Below, piece after piece: positions 1 through 8,199 of a stretch of DNA of 64,000 nt (position 1 is the first letter of the stretch; each line of letters opens with the position of its first letter). The stretch is taken from NCBI GenBank assembly GCA_965113315.1, contig OZ220372.1; one strand, given 5' to 3'. The position numbers and the translations under genes were made by a program. The notes under the pieces were generated by a model. It made no database searches and was not told where the DNA came from. It saw nothing but the letters and a program-made list of their open reading frames with translations. This DNA comes from Podarcis vaucheri (taxonomy: Eukaryota).

Positions 1-104
1 CTGTCAATGGAGCTGTCAAACGAAGCAAGCTGTCAATGGAGCTGTCAAACGAAGCAAGCTGTCAATGGAGCTGTCAAACGAAGCAAGCTGTCAATGGAGT
101 TGTC
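1..104. repeat. 29-bp tandem repeat immediately downstream of pol (3 full copies plus a partial; may extend off the window)
   Basis: Unit ctgtcaatggagctgtcaaacgaagcaag at 1-29, 30-58 and 59-87; degenerate copy from 88. Confidence 0.95.
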
Positions 105-3100
105 AAGCGTGGTTGTCGGCGCGTCTGAAACGTAGCTTGATGGTGTTGGTATCTGGGATGATTTCGGACGTCCAGTTGGGTGTCGCGGTGTCTGGTCCGG
201 TCTGTTGGGCCCGACTTTGGCCCCGATCGGCTGGTCCGGTCTGTTGAGCCCGACTTTGGCCCCGATCGGCTGGTCCGGTCTGTTGAGCCCGACCTTGGCC
301 CCGATCAACTGGTCCGGTCTGTTGAGCCCGATCTTGGCCCCGATCCGCTGGTCCGGTCCGTTGGTCGTCGTCGTCAATATATGAGGTCGGTAAAGCCGGT
401 GGAGTCGAAAAGGTGAAGTCCTCGCCGTTGCTTTCTTCCGTCTCCTGTGGAGGGGGTGAGGACTTGCACCTAGTGTGATGTAACCAGGAATTCTTCTCAC
501 CTACTTTCACGGCGGTTGGCGATGTCAAGAGTACTTGGTAGGGACCTTCCCACGCGGGTTGGAGTGGTTCTTTCTGGTAGACCTTGACGAGGATCCAGTC
601 GCCCGGGTGGAAGGAGTGAGCGTGGACGTCGATGGGAAGATTCTGTCCCTCGATGGCCGCGTAGTGGTGGAGACGCTGTAGCTGTGTCTGGAGCTGAATA
701 ACATAATTAGTAAGTTCTGCCTCCCCGAGCTCCAGTTCCGATAGTGGGAATAGAGTGTTGTAGACGGGAGGAGGTTTCCCGAATAAGAGTTCGAATGGGG
801 AGAGTTTCAAACGTTCGGTTGGGGCGCTGCGGATGTTATGAAGAACTAGTGGGAGTGCATTGACCCATTTTAGGCCAGTGAGCTCGCAAAGTTTGCCCAA
901 CTGTATCTTTATTTCCTGGTTCATACGTTCCACTTGGCCAGAAGATTGTGGGTGGTATGGGGTGTGGAGGTCCCATTTGATTTGGAGTGATTTGGCCACT
1001 AATTGCACCACTTCTGCAGTAAAGTGGGTCCCCCTATCGCTGTCTAGGCGACGGGGTATGCCATAGCGGGGAATAATGTCCTGTAGGAGGGCCCTGGCAA
1101 CTACGGATGCGGTGGCCTTTCTGCAAGGGAATCCCTCCACCCACGAGGAAAATTGGTCAACGATAATCAAAGCATGCTTAAAGCCTTGGCATTGGGGCAG
1201 ATCAATGAAATCAAGCTGTAAGTTCTCAAAGGGGACAAAGGTCCATGGTCTGGCTCCCGGCGGCCTCCTGGGTTGACGCTTAGGATTGAAGCGCTGGCAG
1301 GTAATGCAATTCTTTGATGCTGCTGCTGCTGCGGCAGCTATCCCGGGTGCGTACCAAGATCTAATTACATGTTCCATTAATCTCCCTTTTCCCCAATGTG
1401 TTCGCTGATGAAGAAACCTCGCTACTTTTGGAGTCCAGGCCTTTGGAAGGACGGGTCTTCCATCGGGGAGGACCCAGATACCCTGTTGTTCGGTGGCACC
1501 TATCGATTCCCACGTAGCCTTCTCATCCCCTGGGGCAGATTTGTAAATTTCTGTGAGGTCTAGGTCTGCTGGCAGTTGGAGGGCTTGGAACTCGGATTCG
1601 TTGTTAGGGGTGCGTAAGGCTGCCATCTGTGCGGCTTTGTCGGCTCGTCTGTTTCCTTTAGAAACTGAGTCCCTGCCCTTGGTATGGGCCTTGCAGTGGA
1701 CAACGGCTATAGCGGCAGGTAGGTGGATCGCTGTGAGAAGTCGCTCAACCAGGGCGGCGTGCGAGATTTGAGACCCAGCAGCGGTTAGAAAGCCTCTTTG
1801 GAGCCAAATTTGGCCAGTTGTGTGCACCAAGCCGAAACAGTATTTACTATCCGTATAAATGGTTATCCGCTTCCCTTCACCAATCTCGCAGGCACGCAGC
1901 AGCGCAATTAGCTCGGCGGCTTGGGCACTGTACTGAGAGTTAATTGGATTTGACTCTATTATTTCGAAGTCGGAGACCACCGCGTACCCGGTCTTCCTGA
2001 CCCCGTCGATCACTTTAGAGCTACCATCGGTATATAATATTAGGTCCGGGTTCTCCAGGGGAAGATGATCTAAGTCTTCACGGGGCTTTTCGGCTTGCCG
2101 GACTATAGTGGTGCAGTCATGATGCGGGGTGCCATCATCGGGAAGGGGTAGTAGGGTAGCGGGGTTTAGCGAGTTGACACGTTTAATGGTGACATTGGTT
2201 GGGGTTAGTAGGAGGGCTTCGTAGCGGTTGAGGCGGGAGTTGGAGAAATGGTGACATCCTTTTAGGGTTAGGAGGGTTGAGACTGAATGGGGAACGTGGA
2301 GGGTGATTTCGTGGCCTAGAACCGTCTCTTGGGCTTTCTCGAGGAGGACAGCGGCGGCAGCAATGGCTCTGAGGCAACTGATAGCCCCTTTGGCAGTATT
2401 GTCAAGTTGTAGACTATAATATGCTACTGGCCTCTCTTGGTCGCGGAATGGTTGGGTTAGGACCCCAGAGGCTACCCCCATTTGTTCGTGGATGAACAAG
2501 TTGAAAGGGATTCGGTAGTCGGGTAATCCTAGGGCAGGAGCAGATCTGAGTTCCCGTTTTAGTCGTTCAAAAGAGCTGTAAGCTTCATCTTCCCAGACTA
2601 AGGTGTCTGGGTGGTCCTGGCGGGTCATGGCAGTTAAGGGCTTCGTTATTTCACTGTAACCAGCGATCCATGCCCGGCAGAAGCCGGCCATGCCAAGGAA
2701 GCCGCGGAGCTGTCGCTTTGTTCTTGGGAGGGGAATTTTAGTGACTGCCTCAATCCTGTCAGTGGCTAGACTTCTGGTCCCTACTCCCAAGATGTGTCCG
2801 AGATACTTGACTTCTTGCTTACAATATTGGAGTTTCTTAGGAGACACTTTATGTCCCTTCTTTGCTAATTCTGATAGGAGGCATTTAGTATCTATCTTAC
2901 ACGCCTCCTCACTGGTAGAGCATAATAAAATATCGTCCACGTAGAGAAGCAGGGTGGAACTGGCCGGTAGGTGGATGTCCTCTAAGTCCTGATGTAACAC
3001 GGCCGAAAAAATGGCGGGTGACTCTACATAGCCTTGGGGCAGTCTGGTCCACGTTAATTGGCTGGGCCCCCAGGTAAATGCAAAAAGGAATTGGCTGGCT

Positions 3101-3981
3101 GGATCTAGGGGTATGCTGAAGAAGGCAGAACACAGGTCCGCAGCGGAGTACCAAGTCGTCCCTGCTGGAATGGCGTTTAGGAGGGAGTTCGGGTTGCCAA
3201 CTACCGGGTGTCGGGGGATCACGAATTGGTTCACTAATCTCAAGTCCTGCACAAAACGGTACCGTATAGGTGCCCCCTCCTTAGCGGGTTTCTTGACCGG
3301 GAGAACTGGGGTATTACAGGGTGAAGCGCATGGGACTAGAATCCCCTTTTCGAGGAAGTCCTCAATCATGGGTGTTAGGCCTTCTATGGCTTCTTTGGGC
3401 AGAGGGTATTGCTTGGTGCATGGGAAGGGTAGGTCGCTTCGGTAAGTGATCTTGACCGGAGTGGCGGAGAGTAAGAGTCCTACTGAGGTTGATTCAGTCC
3501 CCCATAGGGAGGTGGGCAAGTCGTTTTCGAGTTCTAAAGGGAGTTCGGGAAACTGTCGGTCCGCTTTAGATTCCTGAACGATACCCTGAAAAATGGGAAT
3601 GGAGTTCCCTGGCATATGTAGGTAAATGCCATCCGGGGAGCATTTTATGGTGGCATTAAGTTTGCAGAGGAGGTCTCTGCCGAGGAGGTTGACCGGGCTG
3701 CTTGTTAAGAGGAAAGTGTGTTCCGCTAGTAATGGTCCGAGGGTGACCTTGGCCGGTCGAGAGAGCGGGCAAGTGCGGGGTATCCCATCCAGTCCCATTA
3801 CTTTCTTGGTTACTGTTCCTGGTTCCAGGTGACTGTCGGTTAGGGTGGAATAGGTGGCCCCTGTGTCTAGTAGACATTGGTAAGGGTGGCCGTCTATCTC
3901 GATAGTACAGACCGGGTCTTCGGGTGACAATGTAAGGACAGGGCAGATGGTTTGGGTCTGACTGGGATCCCCTTCTAATTG
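103..3981 (-). CDS. pol: Retroviral Pro-Pol (protease, RT, RNase H, integrase), expressed in frame with gag
   Basis: Protease LLDTGA; RT QDLR, LPQG, YVDD; RNase H YTDGS, AELIAL, YTDS; integrase H-x3-H...C-x2-C, D,D(35)E (QLDF, DSDRG, VERMN) and WEGPY. The frame is open from the codon after the gag stop (QLEGDPSQTQTICPVLTLSPED...) to TGA at 103-105. Confidence 0.97.
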   Translation of the reverse strand, partial: QLEGDPSQTQTICPVLTLSPEDPVCTIEIDGHPYQCLLDTGATYSTLTDSHLEPGTVTKKVMGLDGIPRTCPLSRPAKVTLGPLLAEHTFLLTSSPVNLLGRDLLCKLNATIKCSPDGIYLHMPGNSIPIFQGIVQESKADRQFPELPLELENDLPTSLWGTESTSVGLLLSATPVKITYRSDLPFPCTKQYPLPKEAIEGLTPMIEDFLEKGILVPCASPCNTPVLPVKKPAKEGAPIRYRFVQDLRLVNQFVIPRHPVVGNPNSLLNAIPAGTTWYSAADLCSAFFSIPLDPASQFLFAFTWGPSQLTWTRLPQGYVESPAIFSAVLHQDLEDIHLPASSTLLLYVDDILLCSTSEEACKIDTKCLLSELAKKGHKVSPKKLQYCKQEVKYLGHILGVGTRSLATDRIEAVTKIPLPRTKRQLRGFLGMAGFCRAWIAGYSEITKPLTAMTRQDHPDTLVWEDEAYSSFERLKRELRSAPALGLPDYRIPFNLFIHEQMGVASGVLTQPFRDQERPVAYYSLQLDNTAKGAISCLRAIAAAAVLLEKAQETVLGHEITLHVPHSVSTLLTLKGCHHFSNSRLNRYEALLLTPTNVTIKRVNSLNPATLLPLPDDGTPHHDCTTIVRQAEKPREDLDHLPLENPDLILYTDGSSKVIDGVRKTGYAVVSDFEIIESNPINSQYSAQAAELIALLRACEIGEGKRITIYTDSKYCFGLVHTTGQIWLQRGFLTAAGSQISHAALVERLLTAIHLPAAIAVVHCKAHTKGRDSVSKGNRRADKAAQMAALRTPNNESEFQALQLPADLDLTEIYKSAPGDEKATWESIGATEQQGIWVLPDGRPVLPKAWTPKVARFLHQRTHWGKGRLMEHVIRSWYAPGIAAAAAAASKNCITCQRFNPKRQPRRPPGARPWTFVPFENLQLDFIDLPQCQGFKHALIIVDQFSSWVEGFPCRKATASVVARALLQDIIPRYGIPRRLDSDRGTHFTAEVVQLVAKSLQIKWDLHTPYHPQSSGQVERMNQEIKIQLGKLCELTGLKWVNALPLVLHNIRSAPTERLKLSPFELLFGKPPPVYNTLFPLSELELGEAELTNYVIQLQTQLQRLHHYAAIEGQNLPIDVHAHSFHPGDWILVKVYQKEPLQPAWEGPYQVLLTSPTAVKVGEKNSWLHHTRCKSSPPPQETEESNGEDFTFSTPPALPTSYIDDDDQRTGPADRGQDRAQQTGPVDRGQGRAQQTGPADRGQSRAQQTGPADRGQSRAQQTGPDTATPNWTSEIIPDTNTIKLRFRRADNHA
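192..358 (-). repeat. 39-bp coding tandem repeat (about 4.3 copies) in the integrase C-terminal tail
   Basis: Plus-strand units start at 192, 231, 270, 309 and 348 (partial); they encode QTGPADRGQSRAQ-like 13-mers in the pol frame. Confidence 0.95.
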
Positions 3982-3984
3982 TCA
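3976..3984 (-). promoter_or_regulatory. gag-pol stop-codon readthrough site TGA-CAA-TTA
   Basis: Minus strand reads ...ACT TAT TGA CAA TTA GAA GGG...; gag and pol share a frame and are separated only by this TGA. Confidence 0.8.
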
Positions 3985-5997
3985 ATAAGTGTCCTGATCA
4001 TCGGGAGGTGGTTGGTTTGGAGGGTGCAAGGGAGGAGCAGTAGCATTCGCCCAAGGGTGGGCAGGCTGGTCTATGGCTGGCAGTTGGGTGGCCGGCATTT
4101 GGGTCCGGGGTCCCGGTTGTGGTCGGGACTGAGGGATCGGGTTCGAGACCGCCGGTGGGGTATAAGCCGCTGGGTTGTGGTTGCTGTAGCCTGGAGTTAC
4201 GTTGGCTTGCGGGGAGAAAGGGGGGTGGGTGATCCGTACAGGGAAAGGCTTAGGCTCCTGTCCCCCGTAGAGTGTCGCATTTAGGTAGGGGCAGAATCTC
4301 TTTATGTGTCCCTCTTCCTGGCAGTAATAGCATCCTCCAGTCCCCGGTCCCCATTGTCTATAGGGATTTGGGGTTCCTCCTCCACGGATTCCCTTTCCTC
4401 GAGGGAATCCCCTGCCTCGATTAGGACCATAGGCAGTTTCCATGCTTAAGGCTAGTATTTGTTCGACCTCGGGCTTCGTTTCCTTCTTCTTTCTTTCATC
4501 CCGAGAGTTGTAGACAGATTTTGCGATGGACAAGATTTCACTTACGCTCTTTCCATCGTATCCAATTTGGAGATTCAGAGCTTTCCTGATATCTGGGCAA
4601 GCCTGATCCTTGAAGAACCCTTTAATGATGACTTCATGCTGTGGGTTGTTGGGGTCTATTCCTCCCCATGTTTTAATGGCAGAGACCAATCTAGTGTAAT
4701 AATCGGACGGGTGTTCATTTGGTCCCTGCATGACCGACTGGACTTTGGTCCAATTAACGGTGCGTTGTCCGGCGGCCTTTACACCGTCCAAGATGGCCCT
4801 TTTAAATAGGTTTAAGCACCAAATACCGTTAGTGGTATTATAGTCCCATTCTGGTTCTACTCTGAGACATTGTGCTGTGAGCGCTTGCAATCCCTGAGGC
4901 CGTCCCCTTTGGTAGTCAGGTAATTCTATGGCTTCTCCGGCTTTAGTTAAAATGTCCGCTTTCTCCGCCTCGTTGAAGAGGGCATTGAGAAGGACGTGGA
5001 CATCGGGCCAGGTGGGGTTGTGTGTGGAGAAGATTGCGCTGACCTGGCGGTGGCACTTGTCCGGGTCATCCCTCAGTGAGGGCATCTGGTTTGACCAAGT
5101 TACCAGGTCTGAGGTATAGAAGGGTTGATGCGTGTAAACCATCCGCGGGGGCCCATCAGGTTCGAGAGGAGGAATGGGCAGGGCCCTTAAGGGCATCTGG
5201 ACCGCAGTAGAACTCACGGTGGAGCTTACTTGGTCAGAAGTCCCCGGGGTCTCTTTATCGCGGCCCCGGGTCCCTTTTTCGGAGCCTTGAGGTTCCGTGG
5301 GAGCGGGTTTATTCCCGACTTGGGTAGAGTCCTCAATGGTGTTGTGGTGAGTAGAGGAGGGGATTTTAGTTTTAGCTTGTCCGGGATTTTTAACTTGTTT
5401 GGCCCCCCCCTTGTCCTTTTTTGCTTGTAGTCGTGTGACCCTCCTATTTTCGGTGTCTTGTGCCTCATCCTCCTCCCCCGTTTCCTCCCCACTACTGGAG
5501 TCGCTGTCGCTGGATGTCGGGGCTTGCGGCGGTGGTCCTTGATAGTAAAAGGGGACCAGGGTCTGTCGTACATCGTCATCTTCGTAAGGGGGGGGCATTG
5601 GCAGTCGCCCGGGATTTAATATAGGCAATTGGTAAGATGTTGTTCCCTTTGGGGCTTGGAGCATTCTCCTTACGGCCTCAAAGGTGGCCAGGTATTCTAA
5701 CTGGCGGGGTTTTTCTTCTATCAGGGCTTTCCTTAGGTGGTTCAAGCGTTCTTCATTAAACGAACCCCCCGGTGGCCACCGCAGTTCGGGTCTGGCGGAG
5801 GCAGTCCTGGCGGGCCAGGTTCCGGAGCAGAGGTCCTCTAGTTTTTCCTTAGATAACAATTTGTGGCCAGGAATCGACTTCCAACACGCGATGACAAATT
5901 GAAGAGGGGAGTCGGGATCCTTCTGGGAACGGGATGGCTTCCGGGAAGCCTTCCTCCCAGAATGAGTCCGCTCGTGTTTGGAAGCCTGGGTACCCAT
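3982..5997 (-). CDS. gag: Retroviral Gag polyprotein
   Basis: ATG at 5997 gives MGTQAS (G2/S6 myristoylation consensus); gamma-type matrix WPPGGSF; PPPY late domain; MHR-like VMQGPNEHPSDYYTRL; one CCHC knuckle CYYCQEEGHIKRFC. Confidence 0.96.
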   Translation of the reverse strand: MGTQASKHERTHSGRKASRKPSRSQKDPDSPLQFVIACWKSIPGHKLLSKEKLEDLCSGTWPARTASARPELRWPPGGSFNEERLNHLRKALIEEKPRQLEYLATFEAVRRMLQAPKGTTSYQLPILNPGRLPMPPPYEDDDVRQTLVPFYYQGPPPQAPTSSDSDSSSGEETGEEDEAQDTENRRVTRLQAKKDKGGAKQVKNPGQAKTKIPSSTHHNTIEDSTQVGNKPAPTEPQGSEKGTRGRDKETPGTSDQVSSTVSSTAVQMPLRALPIPPLEPDGPPRMVYTHQPFYTSDLVTWSNQMPSLRDDPDKCHRQVSAIFSTHNPTWPDVHVLLNALFNEAEKADILTKAGEAIELPDYQRGRPQGLQALTAQCLRVEPEWDYNTTNGIWCLNLFKRAILDGVKAAGQRTVNWTKVQSVMQGPNEHPSDYYTRLVSAIKTWGGIDPNNPQHEVIIKGFFKDQACPDIRKALNLQIGYDGKSVSEILSIAKSVYNSRDERKKKETKPEVEQILALSMETAYGPNRGRGFPRGKGIRGGGTPNPYRQWGPGTGGCYYCQEEGHIKRFCPYLNATLYGGQEPKPFPVRITHPPFSPQANVTPGYSNHNPAAYTPPAVSNPIPQSRPQPGPRTQMPATQLPAIDQPAHPWANATAPPLHPPNQPPPDDQDTY

Positions 5998-6976
5998 AGT
6001 ATATTTCACGCGTGTCTAGATAGGAAAGAGGAGAGGGGAGGGGGTCGATAAGGATTCGTGGGTCTAGGGTTATTCGACAAAGGACTAGTAAAATGAAAGG
6101 TCTTTAGTCGCTTGGCAACTTCCTAGGGAGGTTTTTAAGAGCTCTAGCTATCCGGTATTCCTTACTTCCTTTTTCCTTAACCATTCACCTGGGGTCCCTT
6201 TTCCACTCTGCCGATCCCGCCCAATTCCTCATGGGCTATTCCCTCCTGGCAACCTCCTACCTATCGTCACAACTCAGGAAAGGGGGCCCTACTGAACGCC
6301 CGCACCGTGCGGTGCCAGATCGGGTGGTCCCTGGACAGAGGTTTGGGTCGAAAATCCCCCTTGCTTTCGGAAGCGGGCTTACAGTACACGTGGTATTGTA
6401 GCCCGACCGGTGCGGCTGGGATTGGGATAGAAAGCAAGACCACTTCCTGCCCCCTAGAAAGGACGCTCGGGAAGATCGGAAAGAGAGCTCCAACCCCTTG
6501 CTTTCAACTGGGATGCCCGTTTGCGGAGAGTCGGCTATCTTTCAAGTCGGGTCTCTCCGTCTTACCTTTCGGGCTCCCAATTGGTGCGGCTGGCTGGAGG
6601 GTTTAGATAAAGAGATAGAGCTCAGAACCCCCCTTTGGGTCGAGCAGCGGTCCACGGTCTCTCTCACTGACTGGACCAAGAGAAAGGCAAGAAGGTACGA
6701 TAGAGAGGAGGGCAGAGAATTCAGTTGCCAGGAGACTTCCACCCCTTCCCACCAGTGCACTGGATTTTCCTATACTCACGCGTCTTCCCCGTCGATCCGA
6801 TCCCGGGATCGATGAATGAGCCGGCTGGATCCCTTTTGCTCCCCGGCTGAACTCCTGGGGCTTCCGATTACCGCCCGGGAGATGGCCGGAGGTCCAAAAG
6901 GGTCTTCTCGGGCAAATTGGCCCGCAGCCGGCTGAAGAATTCGGGGCCTCCGGTCAGCAACCCGGGAGAACCGCTA
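5998..6976 (-). promoter_or_regulatory. 5' leader of the gag-pol unit (probable packaging/dimerisation region with several splice sites)
   Basis: Lies between PBS and gag ATG. Donor-like C|GTGAGT (intron starts 6779) and AAG|GTAAGA (6565); pyrimidine tract plus AG acceptors at 6671-6672, 6416-6417 and 6016-6017; 14-nt palindrome at 6798-6811. Confidence 0.7.
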
Positions 6977-6994
6977 GCCCCACGTTGGGCGCCA
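6977..6994 (-). promoter_or_regulatory. Primer binding site complementary to tRNA-Lys1,2
   Basis: Minus strand TGGCGCCCAACGTGGGGC (18 nt), 3 nt after the LTR terminal CA. Confidence 0.93.
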
Positions 6995-6997
6995 AGC

Positions 6998-8124
6998 TGT
7001 TACGGAAAATCTGGGTGCGTATCTACCCTGCCACCCAGCCAATCGGACCAAGTCCGTGGATTCTAGCGGAAGAAAAGGAAGCTCAGCCGGACGCAGGAGC
7101 AAAATGCGAAGATCCAAGTTTATTGCGCAACAGGTTCAAGACGAGATTGAACCCCGAGAATGGGGCGACATAAACTTTTAAAAGTTCCCACCAAGTCCCA
7201 TAACACAGTGCGAGAAACGTCATGAATACATTATGGGAAGGTTGGATTTCATGGGTTACATCATGAATACATTACACACGTCATGAATATGTCAGAGAAA
7301 AGGTGGGGTTAGACTAATTTACATTTGAGGAAAGGGAGGGGGAATATGCAGAGCGAGGGTCATACACAAATATACATTTCATGAGTACCGGTGGCGGTGA
7401 GACAATGGGTTACTGATATGCACTGTCTGCCACCTGGTATTGCCCGGGGGACGGGCTGGGCAGAGCGATCCGACAGGATTAAGGAGTTCCTGTGTACGTG
7501 ACTTGCCGTCTCGAGGATTATGGAGTCGGCCAACATCATGGAGTCCTGGGGAAACTGAGTCGAATGACACCAAGAGCAAGAAAATTGGAGCTGCGGTTGA
7601 TTTTATATGAATTTTTGAAAGGTTCTGATGACTTTCAGTCCGTTCCGTAGCCTAGATCAAAAGCGGAAGCAGAATGTATCCATTCTTGCAGAAATGGATA
7701 CATTGTAACAAGGGTTTGACAGTTTTACGAGGTCGGGAGTTTCGGTTCTATTGTTCTCGCCATGGGGGGCCGTCAGCAGCTCGTCAGGAGGTTAAATGAG
7801 GCGTGCAAGAGCTCCCTGAGCTAGCTCCTGCAGGACGAATGCATGGCTGTGATTGGCCAAAGCGCGGCCATAGGAATAAGCGGAGAAGGGAAACACTCGG
7901 TCTACTCATTCTAAGTATGGAGCGCAGATAGGCATAGGAAAGGATAGGGAATATATATATACTCGAGCTTATTTCGCTCGGGAAAAGGTCTGGGAAACAT
8001 GTGGTGCTTGTGCAACGGTGAAGGGGGTTCGAGGGTGGGTGTGCGGTGGTACCCTTGAGGTCATCGCCTCGGACCGCCAAAAGGAAGGGAGGAAATAGGC
8101 ACCCCCCCCCCTCAGTCCGTATCA
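6998..8124 (-). repeat. Internal LTR (1127 bp): 3' LTR of the env unit and 5' LTR of the gag-pol unit
   Basis: Ends TGATACGG...CCGTAACA (imperfect inverted repeats); preceded by a purine tract and followed by a PBS; AATAAA at 7119-7124; TATA-like TTTTAAAA near 7177-7184. Confidence 0.96.
7119..7124 (-). terminator. LTR polyadenylation signal AATAAA (copy in the other LTR at 10761-10766)
   Basis: tttatt on the plus strand, about 120 nt from the LTR 3' end. Confidence 0.8.
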
Positions 8125-8135
8125 CTCCCCCATTC
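8125..8135 (-). promoter_or_regulatory. Polypurine tract of the env unit
   Basis: GAATGGGGGAG directly abuts the TG of the internal LTR; there is no such tract before the outer LTR. Confidence 0.75.
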
Positions 8136-8199
8136 GGAGTTAGATTTGCATTAAAGTTCTGTAAGAACTTGCAAATCCTTTCTCCGCACCATTTGAGCA

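Noticed and set aside
1-358. CRISPR-like array
   Set aside because: Head-to-tail repeats with no unique spacers, inside a eukaryotic retrovirus.
860-6051. Plus-strand ORFs antisense to gag-pol as an HBZ-like gene
   Set aside because: All are short, mostly non-ATG, have no recognisable motif, and are expected in GC-rich coding sequence.
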